A DNA stretch of 64,000 bases from Phallusia mammillata (Eukaryota): NCBI GenBank assembly GCA_965637545.1, contig OZ281495.1, positions 22,010,001 through 22,074,000 on the forward strand, written 5' to 3'. The notes under the pieces are model-generated. The model was not told the origin of the DNA, made no database searches, and worked only from the letters and a program-made list of their open reading frames with translations. The position numbers were made by a program, and so were the translations under genes. Of this stretch, positions 63,912 through 64,000 are shown one piece after another. Each line of letters begins with the position of its first letter. Within the stretch, counting starts at the first letter, position 1.

Positions 63912-64000
63912 GTTTTAAAATCACAGGCACTACAAAAACAAGACTAGCTGAGAGTGATGAAAGAATGGCAAATTGACATCAGCAAAAAAAATATGTAAAT

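Overview
Eukaryotic, AT-rich, compact-genome DNA with many 60-100 nt GT-AG introns; most likely an ascidian/tunicate (inference from a subgroup-A thrombospondin plus the intron architecture). The ORF track shows only exon fragments, so I rebuilt genes by hand from splice sites and reading phase. Gene order: thrombospondin type A (+, 23 coding exons, 5773-18166); sarcosine-dehydrogenase-like copy A (-, 18841-25344); copy B (-, 27152-33814; introns hold an intron-containing tRNA-Tyr and a tRNA-like Pol III unit); HIF-alpha (-, 36098-42905; bHLH-PAS-PAS-ODD-CTAD); ETHE1 persulfide dioxygenase (+, 45382-47897; head-to-head with HIF-alpha); CTHRC1-like (-, 49108-50317); SARDH-like copy C (-, 51068-56024; ~400 bp internal deletion, probable pseudogene); copy D (-, 58401-63911). 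Several hAT-type MITEs and other inverted-repeat elements are interspersed. Main highlights: a four-gene SARDH expansion with paralog-specific active-site changes; a HIF-alpha whose two ODD-like motifs read N-A-P instead of L-A-P; an ACGTG-rich divergent promoter between HIF-alpha and ETHE1; a thrombospondin-A that seems to lack the trimerising coiled coil. Comparisons with human or bacterial proteins are from recalled sequences, not from a database search.
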